NCBI GenBank assembly: GCA_035553055.1
Contig: DATNEK010000062.1
Span: forward strand, 2,539-66,538
Length of the DNA: 64,000 nucleotides
Direction of reading: 5' to 3'
From: Streptosporangiaceae bacterium
GTDB lineage: Bacteria > Actinomycetota > Actinomycetes > Streptosporangiales > Streptosporangiaceae
This document shows positions 38,247 to 49,541 of this stretch, in pieces (the stretch's first letter is position 1; every line of letters begins with the position of its first letter). A model generated the notes under the pieces. The model saw only the letters and a program-made list of their open reading frames with translations, was not told where the DNA came from and ran no database searches. A program made the position numbers and the translations under genes.

Positions 38247-40972
38247 TAAGAGGGCCCAGAGCGCAGTGAGGCAGACGCGTTCTCGCGGGCCAGGATCTGG
38301 ACGGGGAAGCGCCGCAACAGCGCCGCGGCGCGCACGTTGCCGCTGCTGAAATGCTCGTCGGTGAGCACGCTCGTCCACTGGCCGGGAGGCAGGGCCACCT
38401 CGGTTCCTGTCCACGGGTCGGCCATGCCCGTCGCCAGCCTCGGTACGATCACGGCAAGCCGGTCTGACCTGGTGAACGCCACGAACCTGTCGGCGTGCGG
38501 ACCGCTGACTTCCACCGCGTCGTAACCGGCGTTCCTGTCGTACAAGTCAGGGAACGCCCGCCGGTGCGCGAGCAGCTTCGCGATCAGCCAGATCTTCGGT
38601 CCGCCCGCGTCGTCGCGCGCCAGCGCGCCAGCCGGTCCGCTGTCGGCGACATCGGAGAGCAGCGCCCACTGGCTCGCGAAGCTGATTGGCCTGCGGTTGT
38701 CCGGGTCGACCAGGGAAAGATCCCAGATCTCGGTTCCCTGGTAGATGTCGGGCACGCCCGGGCAGGTCAGCAGCAGCGCGGTCTGCGCCAGCGAGTTGAA
38801 CCGGCCTCTGGCGACGATCTTGTGCTCATCAAGGAACGACTCGAGGCTGGCGACGAAGTCGTGATCGCCGAGCACGGCCGTGACGAACTCGTCGATAGCG
38901 GCCTCGTAGCCCTCCTGCGGATCGGTCCACGAGGTGTGCTGCTTGGCTTCCCTGACCGCCTTGATCATGAACGCGGCTGTCCGTTCCGCGTCGATCGGCC
39001 AGGCGCCGACGAGCGTCTGATAGAGCAGGTGCTCGACCGCCAGGTCGGGCCAGCCGCCGCGCCCGTGCTTGGCGATACGCCGCTTGTGCTTGGTGTTCTG
39101 CTCGGCCCAGGCGGTCACGGCCGCCTCCCAGGCGGCCGGTAGCTCGGAGAGCACGCAGATCCTCGTGCGCACGTCGCCGCTGCGCTTGGTGTCGTGCGTC
39201 GACAGCGTGAGCATCGCCTCTGGCCAGTGCAGCGCCGCGTACCGCATCGCGTCATGGAAGTCGCCCACGGTGGCGCCGAACCTGGCCGGGTCGCCGCCTA
39301 CCTCGTTCAAGCAGATCAGCGGCTGGTACCGGTAGAACGCGGTGTCCTCTATGCCCTTGGCCATGACCGGCGCGCTCACCTGAGCGAACCTGATGGCGAA
39401 CTGGCCTTCCTGGTCACCTTCGTAGCGCAGCACGAGCAGCCCGCCGATGAAGTCGAAGAGCTCGGAGTCCAGGTCAGGCCTGCGCTGCCGGGCCGCGGTC
39501 ACCGCCGCCGCGACCTTGGCCCGGTCGGCGAGCGTCACCTCATGGCCGACGCGCGGATAGCAGCGGTAGACCGCGAAGGCCGCGAGCACCTCACGCAAAG
39601 ACTCGCGCAGCTCCCTGCGGGTGTAGTCGCGCTGGCGGCGATGCCGCTCGCAGATGTCGGCGAGCTGGCTGGTCAGCCGTTCCACCTCGGCGGCTAGGTC
39701 CTCGCGCATGATCTGGAGCTTGGCCGAGCGCGCGATCTCGGCGAAGTCCGCGTTCTGGCCGGTGAAGCGGGCGTAGCCGGCGAGCAGCTCGCGATAGCCG
39801 CTGGGATCGATGAACAGCCGGTTGACCAGGTTAAGGAAGCCGTAGCCCGACGTGCCGGCTACCGGCCATGATCCTGGCAGCTCTTCGTCGGGGCCAAGTA
39901 TCTTCTCGACCACGATGTAGGCATCGCCGACGGCGGCCCGAAGCCTGGTCAGATAGCCCTCGGGATCGGCTAGCCCGTCCACGTGATCGATGCGGAACCC
40001 GTCGAGCGAGCCGTCACGCGCGAGTCGCAGCACGAGCCTGTGAGCGTCGTCGAACACCTCGTCGCGCTCGACTCGCAGTCCGGCCAGCCGGTCGATGTCG
40101 AAGAACCGGCGATAGGACATCTCCTCGGCGGCCGTGCCCCAGTAGGCGAGCCGGTAGTTCTGCCTGCTGAGCAGCTCGTCGAGCCGGTCGGGATCATCGT
40201 TGATCGCGTCGATCTCGGCGTCGATGGCCTTGGCGACATCTTCGGCCTGCTCGGCCAGCGCCGCCAGCCTTGACTTGAGCTTCTCGCTTTCGCTGTGGCG
40301 CTCAGCGACCGCCGCCTGGTCGGTAAGCAGAGCGTGCGGCAGACTGCCGAGCTCGCTCGCGATGCCCTTCAGCTCAGTTGATCCGACCCGATCGGCCGCG
40401 CTGGCGAGCAAGTCGTCAAGCGTGCGCGGCGAAAGGGGCGCTTCCTGGTCGTGGTATGTCACCACAAAGCCGGCGCTCTTACGCGCTATCTTCAGCTCGC
40501 CCGCCTCGAGCACGCGCCCGTAGCGGTCAGCCAGCACCGGCATGAGAACGGTGGCGGTGAGCTTGCGCTCGGGTGGATCCCAGTCGATGTCGAAGTAGCT
40601 CGCGTACCGGCTGGCCGGGCCGTTCTCGAGCACATCCCACCACCACTTGTTATCGCGGCCGGCCAGTGCCATGTGGTTGGGCACGATGTCGAGTATCTGG
40701 CCAAGTCCGGCAGTCCGGAGCGCCGCGGTGAGCCTGTCATAGGCTGGTGCGCCGCCGAGCCGGTCGTCAAGCTTGGCGTGGTCGACGACGTCATAGCCGG
40801 CCGACGAGGTCGTGGCCGCCTGCAGGAACGGCGAGCAGTACAGGTGGCTGACTCCCAGCCTGGACAGGTAGCCGGCGATGTTCGCCGCGTCATCGAAGGT
40901 GAACTCGGGACCGAACTGCACCCGGTAGGTGGCCAACGGCGTCGTGACGCTGCGCGGTTCGAAGTCAGTCAC
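38246..40972 (-). CDS. treY: Malto-oligosyltrehalose synthase
   Basis: ATYRVQFGPEFTFDDAANIAGYLSRLGVSHLYCSPFLQA, ILDIVPNHMA and GFRIDHVDGL. Start refined to GTG 40972, preceded by GGGAGG. Confidence 0.9.
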   Translation of the reverse strand: MTDFEPRSVTTPLATYRVQFGPEFTFDDAANIAGYLSRLGVSHLYCSPFLQAATTSSAGYDVVDHAKLDDRLGGAPAYDRLTAALRTAGLGQILDIVPNHMALAGRDNKWWWDVLENGPASRYASYFDIDWDPPERKLTATVLMPVLADRYGRVLEAGELKIARKSAGFVVTYHDQEAPLSPRTLDDLLASAADRVGSTELKGIASELGSLPHALLTDQAAVAERHSESEKLKSRLAALAEQAEDVAKAIDAEIDAINDDPDRLDELLSRQNYRLAYWGTAAEEMSYRRFFDIDRLAGLRVERDEVFDDAHRLVLRLARDGSLDGFRIDHVDGLADPEGYLTRLRAAVGDAYIVVEKILGPDEELPGSWPVAGTSGYGFLNLVNRLFIDPSGYRELLAGYARFTGQNADFAEIARSAKLQIMREDLAAEVERLTSQLADICERHRRQRDYTRRELRESLREVLAAFAVYRCYPRVGHEVTLADRAKVAAAVTAARQRRPDLDSELFDFIGGLLVLRYEGDQEGQFAIRFAQVSAPVMAKGIEDTAFYRYQPLICLNEVGGDPARFGATVGDFHDAMRYAALHWPEAMLTLSTHDTKRSGDVRTRICVLSELPAAWEAAVTAWAEQNTKHKRRIAKHGRGGWPDLAVEHLLYQTLVGAWPIDAERTAAFMIKAVREAKQHTSWTDPQEGYEAAIDEFVTAVLGDHDFVASLESFLDEHKIVARGRFNSLAQTALLLTCPGVPDIYQGTEIWDLSLVDPDNRRPISFASQWALLSDVADSGPAGALARDDAGGPKIWLIAKLLAHRRAFPDLYDRNAGYDAVEVSGPHADRFVAFTRSDRLAVIVPRLATGMADPWTGTEVALPPGQWTSVLTDEHFSSGNVRAAALLRRFPVQILARENASASLRSGPS

Positions 40973-41237
40973 CGGGCCGTCACCTCCCGCCGCCACCTTG
41001 ACCACACTAGATAAGCATGGCCCGCTATGTGCGCATTTCCGCAGAACAACTTCGCCGCGCGCCGGGACGCTCCGGCCCGGAGGACTGGTCGGCAGGCTGC
41101 CCGTGACGGCCGCGATCAAACGCGCCGTTCGCCACTGGCTGGCCATTGACGTGTAGGCCAGGCAGGCGAGGACAGTTCGGATGAGTTGTCATTGTCTACC
41201 GCATCGGGACGGCGCGTCCTGAGCAGGAGATGTCATA

Positions 41238-41417
41238 ATGCTCGCCATCATCGCTGCCATTCTTTTCGCGATCGCATTCATGCTCAACGCCACGTCGACG
41301 GCGACCGATGCGCTCTTTGCCCCGATCAGCCTGGCGCTTGTTGGCCTGGCTCTGCTGGCTCTGCACCAGGCGGGGATGGGTCCTGGCTACTCCTACCCAC
41401 GGCGGCGTAAGCGTTAG
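41238..41417 (+). CDS. Small (59-aa) two-span membrane protein, absent from the ORF track
   Basis: ATG at 41238 lies 7 nt after GCAGGAGA. Translation is MLAIIAAILFAIAFMLNATSTATDALFAPISLALVGLALLALHQAGMGPGYSYPRRRKR, with a TAG stop at 41415-41417. GC3 is high. The product is just below the 60-aa length of the shortest ORFs in the track. Confidence 0.6.
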   Translation: MLAIIAAILFAIAFMLNATSTATDALFAPISLALVGLALLALHQAGMGPGYSYPRRRKR

Positions 41418-41455
41418 CGGCTATGACTTCCTCGCGCAATTTTCTGCCAATGATC

Positions 41456-41911
41456 TCATTCCTGGCCGCTGCAATCCGGGCACAGACCGAACAGTTCCAC
41501 CGTGTGACCGACATTGGTGAATCCAGCCTGGTTGGCTACCTGTTCTGCCCACCGTTCGACCGCGCGCCCTTCGACCTCGACGCTGCGGCCGCAGGTGCGG
41601 CAGGTCAGGTGGTGGTGATGGGTGTCGGTCTGGCACCTGCGGTACAGGATCTCGCCGGTTGAGTCCCTGATCGCGTCGATCCGGCCGGACTCGCTGAGCG
41701 CTTGCAGGTGCCGGTACACGGTCGTGAGCCCGACTTGCTCGCCTCGCTCGCGTAGTTCAGCATGGATCTGCTGAGCGCTGCAGAAACCGGGCAGCCGGTC
41801 GAACACCGCGGCGACCGCCTCGGCTTGCCTGGTACCTCTGATCCTGGTGCCGAGCGGTCGGCCGGCGCTAGCGCGATCGGGCGTGCTCACATCTGGCACG
41901 TTAGCAGTCAC
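41456..41911 (-). CDS. Fur family metalloregulator
   Basis: Winged-helix segment [27 protein letters not shown], and C-terminal CPDC (structural Zn site). The start is uncertain: GTG 41911 or 41890. The track start at 42028 would run through the divergent gene start. Confidence 0.85.
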   Translation of the reverse strand: MTANVPDVSTPDRASAGRPLGTRIRGTRQAEAVAAVFDRLPGFCSAQQIHAELRERGEQVGLTTVYRHLQALSESGRIDAIRDSTGEILYRRCQTDTHHHHLTCRTCGRSVEVEGRAVERWAEQVANQAGFTNVGHTVELFGLCPDCSGQE

Positions 41912-41972
41912 GTCCGCTCGCTCTGGACGTTCGAGCAGGGTACGGATGAGTTCATGGGGAGAAAATGGAGTC

Positions 41973-44060
<2,088 letters not shown>

Positions 44061-44221
44061 CCCCGCATCGGCCGTCGGGTAACCCTTATCGCCGGGTCGC
44101 GCGTCTGCCTTATAGCGCACACATGCGTGCTAGTTACCCTTGGGTGGCTTTCGCGTGACCTGTGCGGCGAGGCATAATCCGATTAGCGACTTCAACCGCC
44201 CCCAAGCGGAAGGGAACCAGA

Positions 44222-45529
44222 TTGCGCGGTCTGGCGCGTCGGCTACTCCCTGTCGTCGCCTTCATGCTCGTACTTAGCCTGGTGCTTGCCGGGCTGCTGC
44301 GGCATTCACGTTCCCAGCTGGCCTTGCCGGGCACCGGGCAGGCCCGGTCGGCGGCGGCCCATCCGAGTGTGGCACCCACGCAAGCGGGAGTGAACTGGGC
44401 GGTTGGCGCGATCCCGGGCGTCGGTCCTGGTGGTTCGCCGCTAACCAAGCCAGGCATCGCCCTGACTGTCGCGGCCAAGCCGCTTCCCGCATCCGCGCGC
44501 ACGGCCGTGCCCAAGCCGGTCAGGCTGCTGCCAGCCGACGTGCTCGTCGTTGATCCGACGGCACTGCCGGCCTCGGTCCTTCGCGAGCTCCGCCGCCTGC
44601 GCGGCGTCGCGGCGGCTGTGCCTGTCGACGCCGGGCGGATCAAGGTCAACGGCGTCTTCGTGAATGTGCTCGGGGTTGACCCCGCCACGTTCCGCCCGTT
44701 CGCCGCCAACCCGACCGCGGGATCGACCACCCTGTGGGACAACATCGCGGCGGGCGGTATGGCCATCTCCTACACGATGGGCAGGCAGGACAGGCTGAGC
44801 TTGAACAAGCCCGTCGAGGTGACCGGGTCCCGCACGCTGCGGGTGCCTGTGGCCGGCTTCGGCACAGTGGGCGTCGGCGGTGTCGACGCGGTCGTGTCGC
44901 ACGGCGTGGCCAGGTCGCTCGGCCTGCCGTCGGCTAACGCGATCATCATCAGCGCGCCGAGAGCCAGGCTCGACGTCCTGATGCGCAAGATCAAGAAGCT
45001 GCTGCCAGCTAACGCGTCCGTGGCTCCGCTGGTGACCCAGTTCATCGACGGCCAGGCAACGGTCACCACCGGTGCGGCTGGCGATGACATCGCCTCGGCG
45101 CCCGGGCAGGGCCTGAGTTCGACGCAGCTTGTCAAGTTCCTCACCGCGGCGATGAGCCGCATCGGCGACCCTTACATCTGGGGAGCGGCCGGCCCGAACG
45201 CGTTCGACTGCTCGGGTCTGGTGCAGTGGTCGCTGGCGAAGGCTGGCGTGGTGATGCCGCGCGTGGCCGCCGATCAGGCCAGAACCGGCCCGTTGCTCAG
45301 GCTCAGCCAGCTTCGGCCTGGCGACCTGCTCTTTTACCACACCGATCCGACGGCGCCCAACTACATCTCGCACGTGGCCATCTACGTCGGCAACGGCTGG
45401 ATGCTGCAGGCGCCGCAGACCGGCATGGACGTCGAAGTGGTCAAGGCCGACTTCGGCGCGGGCTTCGCGGGCGCGATCCGCATCTACCCGCGGATCGCAT
45501 CAGCCGTAGCAACCAGCCTGGTCGGCTGA
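44222..45529 (+). CDS. NlpC/P60 (C40) family peptidoglycan endopeptidase, membrane anchored or secreted
   Basis: C-terminal DPYIWGAAGPNAFDCSGLVQW...ISHVAIYVGNGWMLQAP (Cys-His-His). N-terminal hydrophobic anchor. Start TTG 44222 after GGAAGGGA, or GTG 44162 as in the track. Confidence 0.88.
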   Translation: MRGLARRLLPVVAFMLVLSLVLAGLLRHSRSQLALPGTGQARSAAAHPSVAPTQAGVNWAVGAIPGVGPGGSPLTKPGIALTVAAKPLPASARTAVPKPVRLLPADVLVVDPTALPASVLRELRRLRGVAAAVPVDAGRIKVNGVFVNVLGVDPATFRPFAANPTAGSTTLWDNIAAGGMAISYTMGRQDRLSLNKPVEVTGSRTLRVPVAGFGTVGVGGVDAVVSHGVARSLGLPSANAIIISAPRARLDVLMRKIKKLLPANASVAPLVTQFIDGQATVTTGAAGDDIASAPGQGLSSTQLVKFLTAAMSRIGDPYIWGAAGPNAFDCSGLVQWSLAKAGVVMPRVAADQARTGPLLRLSQLRPGDLLFYHTDPTAPNYISHVAIYVGNGWMLQAPQTGMDVEVVKADFGAGFAGAIRIYPRIASAVATSLVG

Positions 45530-45630
45530 CCAGCTCTTTCCAGTCCGGCCTGATGGCCTGGCGGTTCCGTTGCGCTTCGCTGAGCTGACGCGCGCTTGCC
45601 TCTGCGGGCGTTACGTGTAATCATTATTAC

Positions 45631-46170
45631 ATGAGTACAGAGACATCTGATCAGCAGTCGACGGCGGAACGGCTTCGTGGCTGGTTCATCGGGCGAATGC
45701 CTAGCGAGTGGCTGGACGGCACACCCGAGGTGAAGCTGGACAGGGAAGAGATTACGGTCATCCTGCCGATCGCGGCGCCGCAGATAGCGGACGGCGCTTC
45801 CGCGGCGGAACAGGGCGCCGCCTGGGAGGGCCGCAGCCGCAGGTTCCGCGAGGAGACCAGGCAGCAACGGATCGAGATCGCGCACGAGGCCGAGCACACG
45901 TTCGGCCGCAAGGTCTCGTGGGGCGTGCGCTCGGGTGACCGCGTTGTGATGTACACGACATTTTCTGTCCCCGTGATGACCAGGCTCCGGCAGAACGAGC
46001 GCATGGTGCTTGACACGTTGGTCGACGCTGGGGTGGCGCGCAGCCGAAGCGACGCACTCGCCTGGTGCGTCAGGCTCGTCGGTGAGCACGAGGATTCCTG
46101 GCTGTCCGACCTGCGGACCGCGTTGCAGCACGTCGAGCAGGTGCGTGCCGAAGGGCCAAGGTCGGCCTGA
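45631..46170 (+). CDS. Hypothetical protein, possibly with a ribbon-helix-helix-like C-terminal segment
   Basis: 179-aa ORF with good GC3. The segment VMTRLRQNERMVLDTLVDAGVARSRSDALAWCVRLV weakly resembles an RHH DNA-binding unit. No firm motif. Confidence 0.6.
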   Translation: MSTETSDQQSTAERLRGWFIGRMPSEWLDGTPEVKLDREEITVILPIAAPQIADGASAAEQGAAWEGRSRRFREETRQQRIEIAHEAEHTFGRKVSWGVRSGDRVVMYTTFSVPVMTRLRQNERMVLDTLVDAGVARSRSDALAWCVRLVGEHEDSWLSDLRTALQHVEQVRAEGPRSA

Positions 46171-46275
46171 ATCCCGGCATTCCGGATGGGCACCGATAAT
46201 TGATCTAATCCGTCCGGGGTACACTCCCCAGATCGATCCGGCATGTCCGGGCTCATTCGCTCTGGAGGAGCAGTC

Positions 46276-47808
46276 GTGGTGTATGAGGTGAGGGCCGCGT
46301 TGGTGGAGTGGAATCCAACCGCGGAGCGGCTCCGCGAGCTGACCGAGAAAATGCCAAACAGCCAGATCACCGAGTTCGACAATGTCGTGGTCAAGGCGAG
46401 GGTTGATTCACGCAGCACCAGGTCAACGTTCGTGGTAGACGACTCGACCAACGCCGCCAAGCAGACCATCACCAGGCCGGAATACGACCGCATCTCCGCC
46501 GAGCAGGACGCATACATCGCTGGTGAGCACGTCGTCGTCGTTGACGGCTACATCGGCTCTGACCCGCGGTTCCGCACCAGGGCGCGGCTCATCATGGAAG
46601 CCGCGAACGCCAACGTGGCCGGTATGCAGCGCCAGCTCTACTACCCGGTCGACGCCGACTACGACCCGGCCGCGTGGGAGCCGGACACCACTGTCATCTA
46701 CACGCCGAACCTGGCCGCCCCCGGCTACCCAGATGACCGCGTGATCGCGGTCGACCTGCGTGACAACATCACCCGCGTGCTGAACTCGGACTACTTCGGT
46801 GAGTCCAAGAAGGGCGGCCTGCGGATGTGGAACAACATCGTCTACAACCGCGGCGGCCTCGCGCTGCACGCCGGCTGCAAGGTCATGCCAGCGGACGGCA
46901 ACCCAACGGCGATTCTCATCGTGGGCCTGTCAGGCACGGGCAAGACGACCACGACGTTCACCACGCAGCTGGGCAGCAAGCCCGCGCAGGATGACTTCGT
47001 GGCCCTCATGCCAGGCGGAAAGGTCTACACGACGGAGAACGGCTGCTTCGCCAAGACCTTCGGGCTCGACCCGAGGTTCGAGCCAGCGATCTACGGTGCC
47101 ACCACCAAGCCCGACGCCTACCTGGAGAATGTCTCGGTCGATGCTGACGGCAAGGTCGACTTTTTCGACACTTCCTACACCAAGAACGGCCGGACGACCT
47201 GGCCGTTCTCCTACGTGCACCCGTGGCCTGGCAACGAGGTGCCCCGGGCCGAGTTCCTGCTGATTCTCAACCGCAACGAGAACATCGTCCCCGGTGTCGC
47301 CCGCCTTGACCGGGCGCAGGCGGCCGCCTACTTCATGCTCGGTGAGACCACGGGCACATCGGCAGGCGGCAAGGACGAGGAAGGCAAGTTCCTGCGCGTG
47401 CCCGGCACGAACCCGTTCTTCCCCAGGGACATGGCCGACATGGGCAACCGGATGCTCGAGCTGCTCGACAGCCACGAGCTGAAGGTGTACGTGCTCAACA
47501 CCGGCAGGATCGGCGGCACGGAGGACGCGACGTCCAAGAAGGTCACCATCCCTTACTCATCGGCGATCGTCCAGGCGATCGTGGAGAACTCGATCAGCTG
47601 GGAGACCGACGCTGACTTCGGCTACGAGATCGCGTCCTTCGTGCCTGGAGTAGATGACGTCGAGATCCTGCAGCCGAGGCGCCTATACGCTCGCCAGGGC
47701 CGCGATGACGAGTACGACGCCATGGTCGCCAGGCTGAAGAAGGAGCGGAAGGAGTACCTGGCTTCCTTCCACGGGCTCGACGAGGCCATCGTCAAGTCCA
47801 TCGGCTAA
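46276..47808 (+). CDS. pckA: Phosphoenolpyruvate carboxykinase (ATP-dependent type)
   Basis: Kinase-1a loop IVGLSGTGKTTTTF and overall PckA(ATP)-like organisation. The start is probably GTG 46276 or 46279, after GGAGGAG. The track start is 46243. Confidence 0.88.
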   Translation: MVYEVRAALVEWNPTAERLRELTEKMPNSQITEFDNVVVKARVDSRSTRSTFVVDDSTNAAKQTITRPEYDRISAEQDAYIAGEHVVVVDGYIGSDPRFRTRARLIMEAANANVAGMQRQLYYPVDADYDPAAWEPDTTVIYTPNLAAPGYPDDRVIAVDLRDNITRVLNSDYFGESKKGGLRMWNNIVYNRGGLALHAGCKVMPADGNPTAILIVGLSGTGKTTTTFTTQLGSKPAQDDFVALMPGGKVYTTENGCFAKTFGLDPRFEPAIYGATTKPDAYLENVSVDADGKVDFFDTSYTKNGRTTWPFSYVHPWPGNEVPRAEFLLILNRNENIVPGVARLDRAQAAAYFMLGETTGTSAGGKDEEGKFLRVPGTNPFFPRDMADMGNRMLELLDSHELKVYVLNTGRIGGTEDATSKKVTIPYSSAIVQAIVENSISWETDADFGYEIASFVPGVDDVEILQPRRLYARQGRDDEYDAMVARLKKERKEYLASFHGLDEAIVKSIG

Positions 47809-47885
47809 GACCAGGAGGGATCTGGCGCGCTGGGATCTGACGGCGGGGGTGTCCGATCTGGCAACAGCGGTGCTAACGTTCCGTT

Positions 47886-48629
47886 ATGGGGGAACTACGG
47901 TGCGTAGACGGATCCCTGCTGGGCGTGGTGGCTGTTCCTTGTCGTGATCGGCTTGGCCGGCTGTATGACCTGACGCTTGAGCTAGTCAGGGACTCTCAGC
48001 CATTCGCGATCGTCGGCCAGCGCTGCGGTCACCAGCTCGCGTCGCTGGCCGCGCAGGTCCAGGCGGCACGGGAAGACCCGCGGCAGGCCAGGTCGTGGCC
48101 CGACCCGGACGACAGATTCCCGGTTCCCGGCGCGACCGCGATGTTTGAACCAGGCGATAACGAGTACTTCACGCTCAGGTCGCAAGGTCGTGCCGATCTT
48201 CCTGGCAACGGTGAGATGCGGTGTGTGCTCAGGTCGACCGCGCGCTGGCTGTCAGATACAGGAATTACCAGCGGCGCCAGCCGTGGTCACTGGCAACTCA
48301 GGCGTCGCGCCGTGCTCGAAGCATGGAGCGATCGAGGAACTGGTGTACGAGCTGTGCTGACCTCGGCCGAACTGGTCGTGTTCTTGGATACGGTGCTTAA
48401 AGAACCGGACCGTGCCGTCACGGCAGGCCCGTCTCCGGCCGTGCGAGCGGCCGACGAACGGCTAGGGCGCCGGACGGCCAGAACAATGAACTGGTCGGCT
48501 TGGCGGCAGCGAGGAAGGGTGCCGGATGGGTCTGCGCGATCTTGTCTACCGGCTCTACGAGCGGCGGCTCGAGGCGTCGCTCTCGCGGTCGCGGGTGCCC
48601 AGACACGTGGGAGTGATGTGCGACGGTAA
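47886..48629 (+). CDS. Orphan hypothetical ORF (possibly a decaying gene)
   Basis: GC3 is coding-like only in the central part (about 47990-48180) and atypical at both ends. There is no stop until 104 nt inside the well-supported prenyl-transferase gene. No motif recognised. Confidence 0.35.
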   Translation: MGELRCVDGSLLGVVAVPCRDRLGRLYDLTLELVRDSQPFAIVGQRCGHQLASLAAQVQAAREDPRQARSWPDPDDRFPVPGATAMFEPGDNEYFTLRSQGRADLPGNGEMRCVLRSTARWLSDTGITSGASRGHWQLRRRAVLEAWSDRGTGVRAVLTSAELVVFLDTVLKEPDRAVTAGPSPAVRAADERLGRRTARTMNWSAWRQRGRVPDGSARSCLPALRAAARGVALAVAGAQTRGSDVRR

Positions 48630-49290
48630 TCGCCGCTGGGCGCGCTCGGCGGGACTTACCGACGTCAGCACTGGCCACCGCAAGGGCGCGGACAAGATAT
48701 TCGAGTTGCTCGACTGGTGCCGCGACGCCGGCGTCGAAGTCGTGACATTGTGGCTGCTGTCCACCGACAACCTGGTGGCGAGGCCGGACTCGGAGATCGA
48801 GCCGCTGCTGGCGATCATCGAGGACACCGTCAGGGAACTTGTCGCGCAGAGCTGGCGGGTCAAACCAGTGGGCGCGCTTGACCTGCTGCCGGTGGACACC
48901 GCGCAAGTCATGAAGGACGCGGGCGAAGCGACCGCCAACTACCCCGGGCTTTTGGTCAACGTCGCCGTCGGCTACGGAGGCCGGCGTGAGATCGCCGACG
49001 CTGTCCGTTCACTGCTGCAAGAGCACGCCACCAAGGGCACCACGATCGAGGAACTCGCCGAGATCCTTGATGTCGAGCACATCGCCGAGCACCTGTACAC
49101 GGCTGGCCTGCCCGACCCCGACCTGGTGATCAGGACATCAGGCGAGCAGCGGCTCGGCGGTTTCCTGCTGTGGCAGAGCGCGCATTCTGAGTTCTACTTC
49201 TGTGACGCCTACTGGCCGGCGTTCAGGAAGGTGGATTTCCTGCGGGCGCTGAGGTCGTACGCAGGACGTCACCGTCGCTTCGGCACGTGA
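48526..49290 (+). CDS. Isoprenyl (cis-prenyl) diphosphate synthase, UppS family (syntenic with the mycobacterial Z-farnesyl-PP synthase)
   Basis: PRHVGVMCDGNRRWA, LSTDNL, IRTSGEQRLGGFLLWQSA and FRKVDFLRAL. GAGGAAGGG RBS. Confidence 0.93.
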   Translation: MGLRDLVYRLYERRLEASLSRSRVPRHVGVMCDGNRRWARSAGLTDVSTGHRKGADKIFELLDWCRDAGVEVVTLWLLSTDNLVARPDSEIEPLLAIIEDTVRELVAQSWRVKPVGALDLLPVDTAQVMKDAGEATANYPGLLVNVAVGYGGRREIADAVRSLLQEHATKGTTIEELAEILDVEHIAEHLYTAGLPDPDLVIRTSGEQRLGGFLLWQSAHSEFYFCDAYWPAFRKVDFLRALRSYAGRHRRFGT

Positions 49291-49400
49291 GCAAATTGTC
49301 ATAAACCGTGTTCGGAGCGTGCCGGTACTTCCATGTAGTGCCTTCGCCCAGGTACCGTCAAAGACTGACAGGCGGTGCGTAGCCGCCCGACGGGAAGGCC

Positions 49401-49416
49401 CTCGAGAATTCTCGAG
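49401..49416. promoter_or_regulatory. Perfect 16-bp palindrome CTCGAGAATTCTCGAG upstream of phoH2
   Basis: Read directly from the sequence. It lies in the 250-bp gap between the prenyl transferase and phoH2 genes. Its function is unknown. Confidence 0.3.
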
Positions 49417-49541
49417 CTCCGCGCCTGCGTATGCGGGCGAGATGAGCGAAGGGCCGGTGCCCGGCCCATCGCTGGCCGGTCCCCGGTCCCGGCGACAGCT
49501 TTGTGTCTGAGGTGTCGCCACGGCGAATCATTGGAGACTGA

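Noticed and set aside
44061-44221. c-di-AMP (ydaO-type) riboswitch upstream of the NlpC/P60 gene, as seen before some actinobacterial cell-wall hydrolase genes
   Set aside because: The hallmark GGGGACCCA, GGGGUGAAUC and CCGACAGCUAACCUCGUAAGCG-like blocks are absent. Only a generic AATCC is present.
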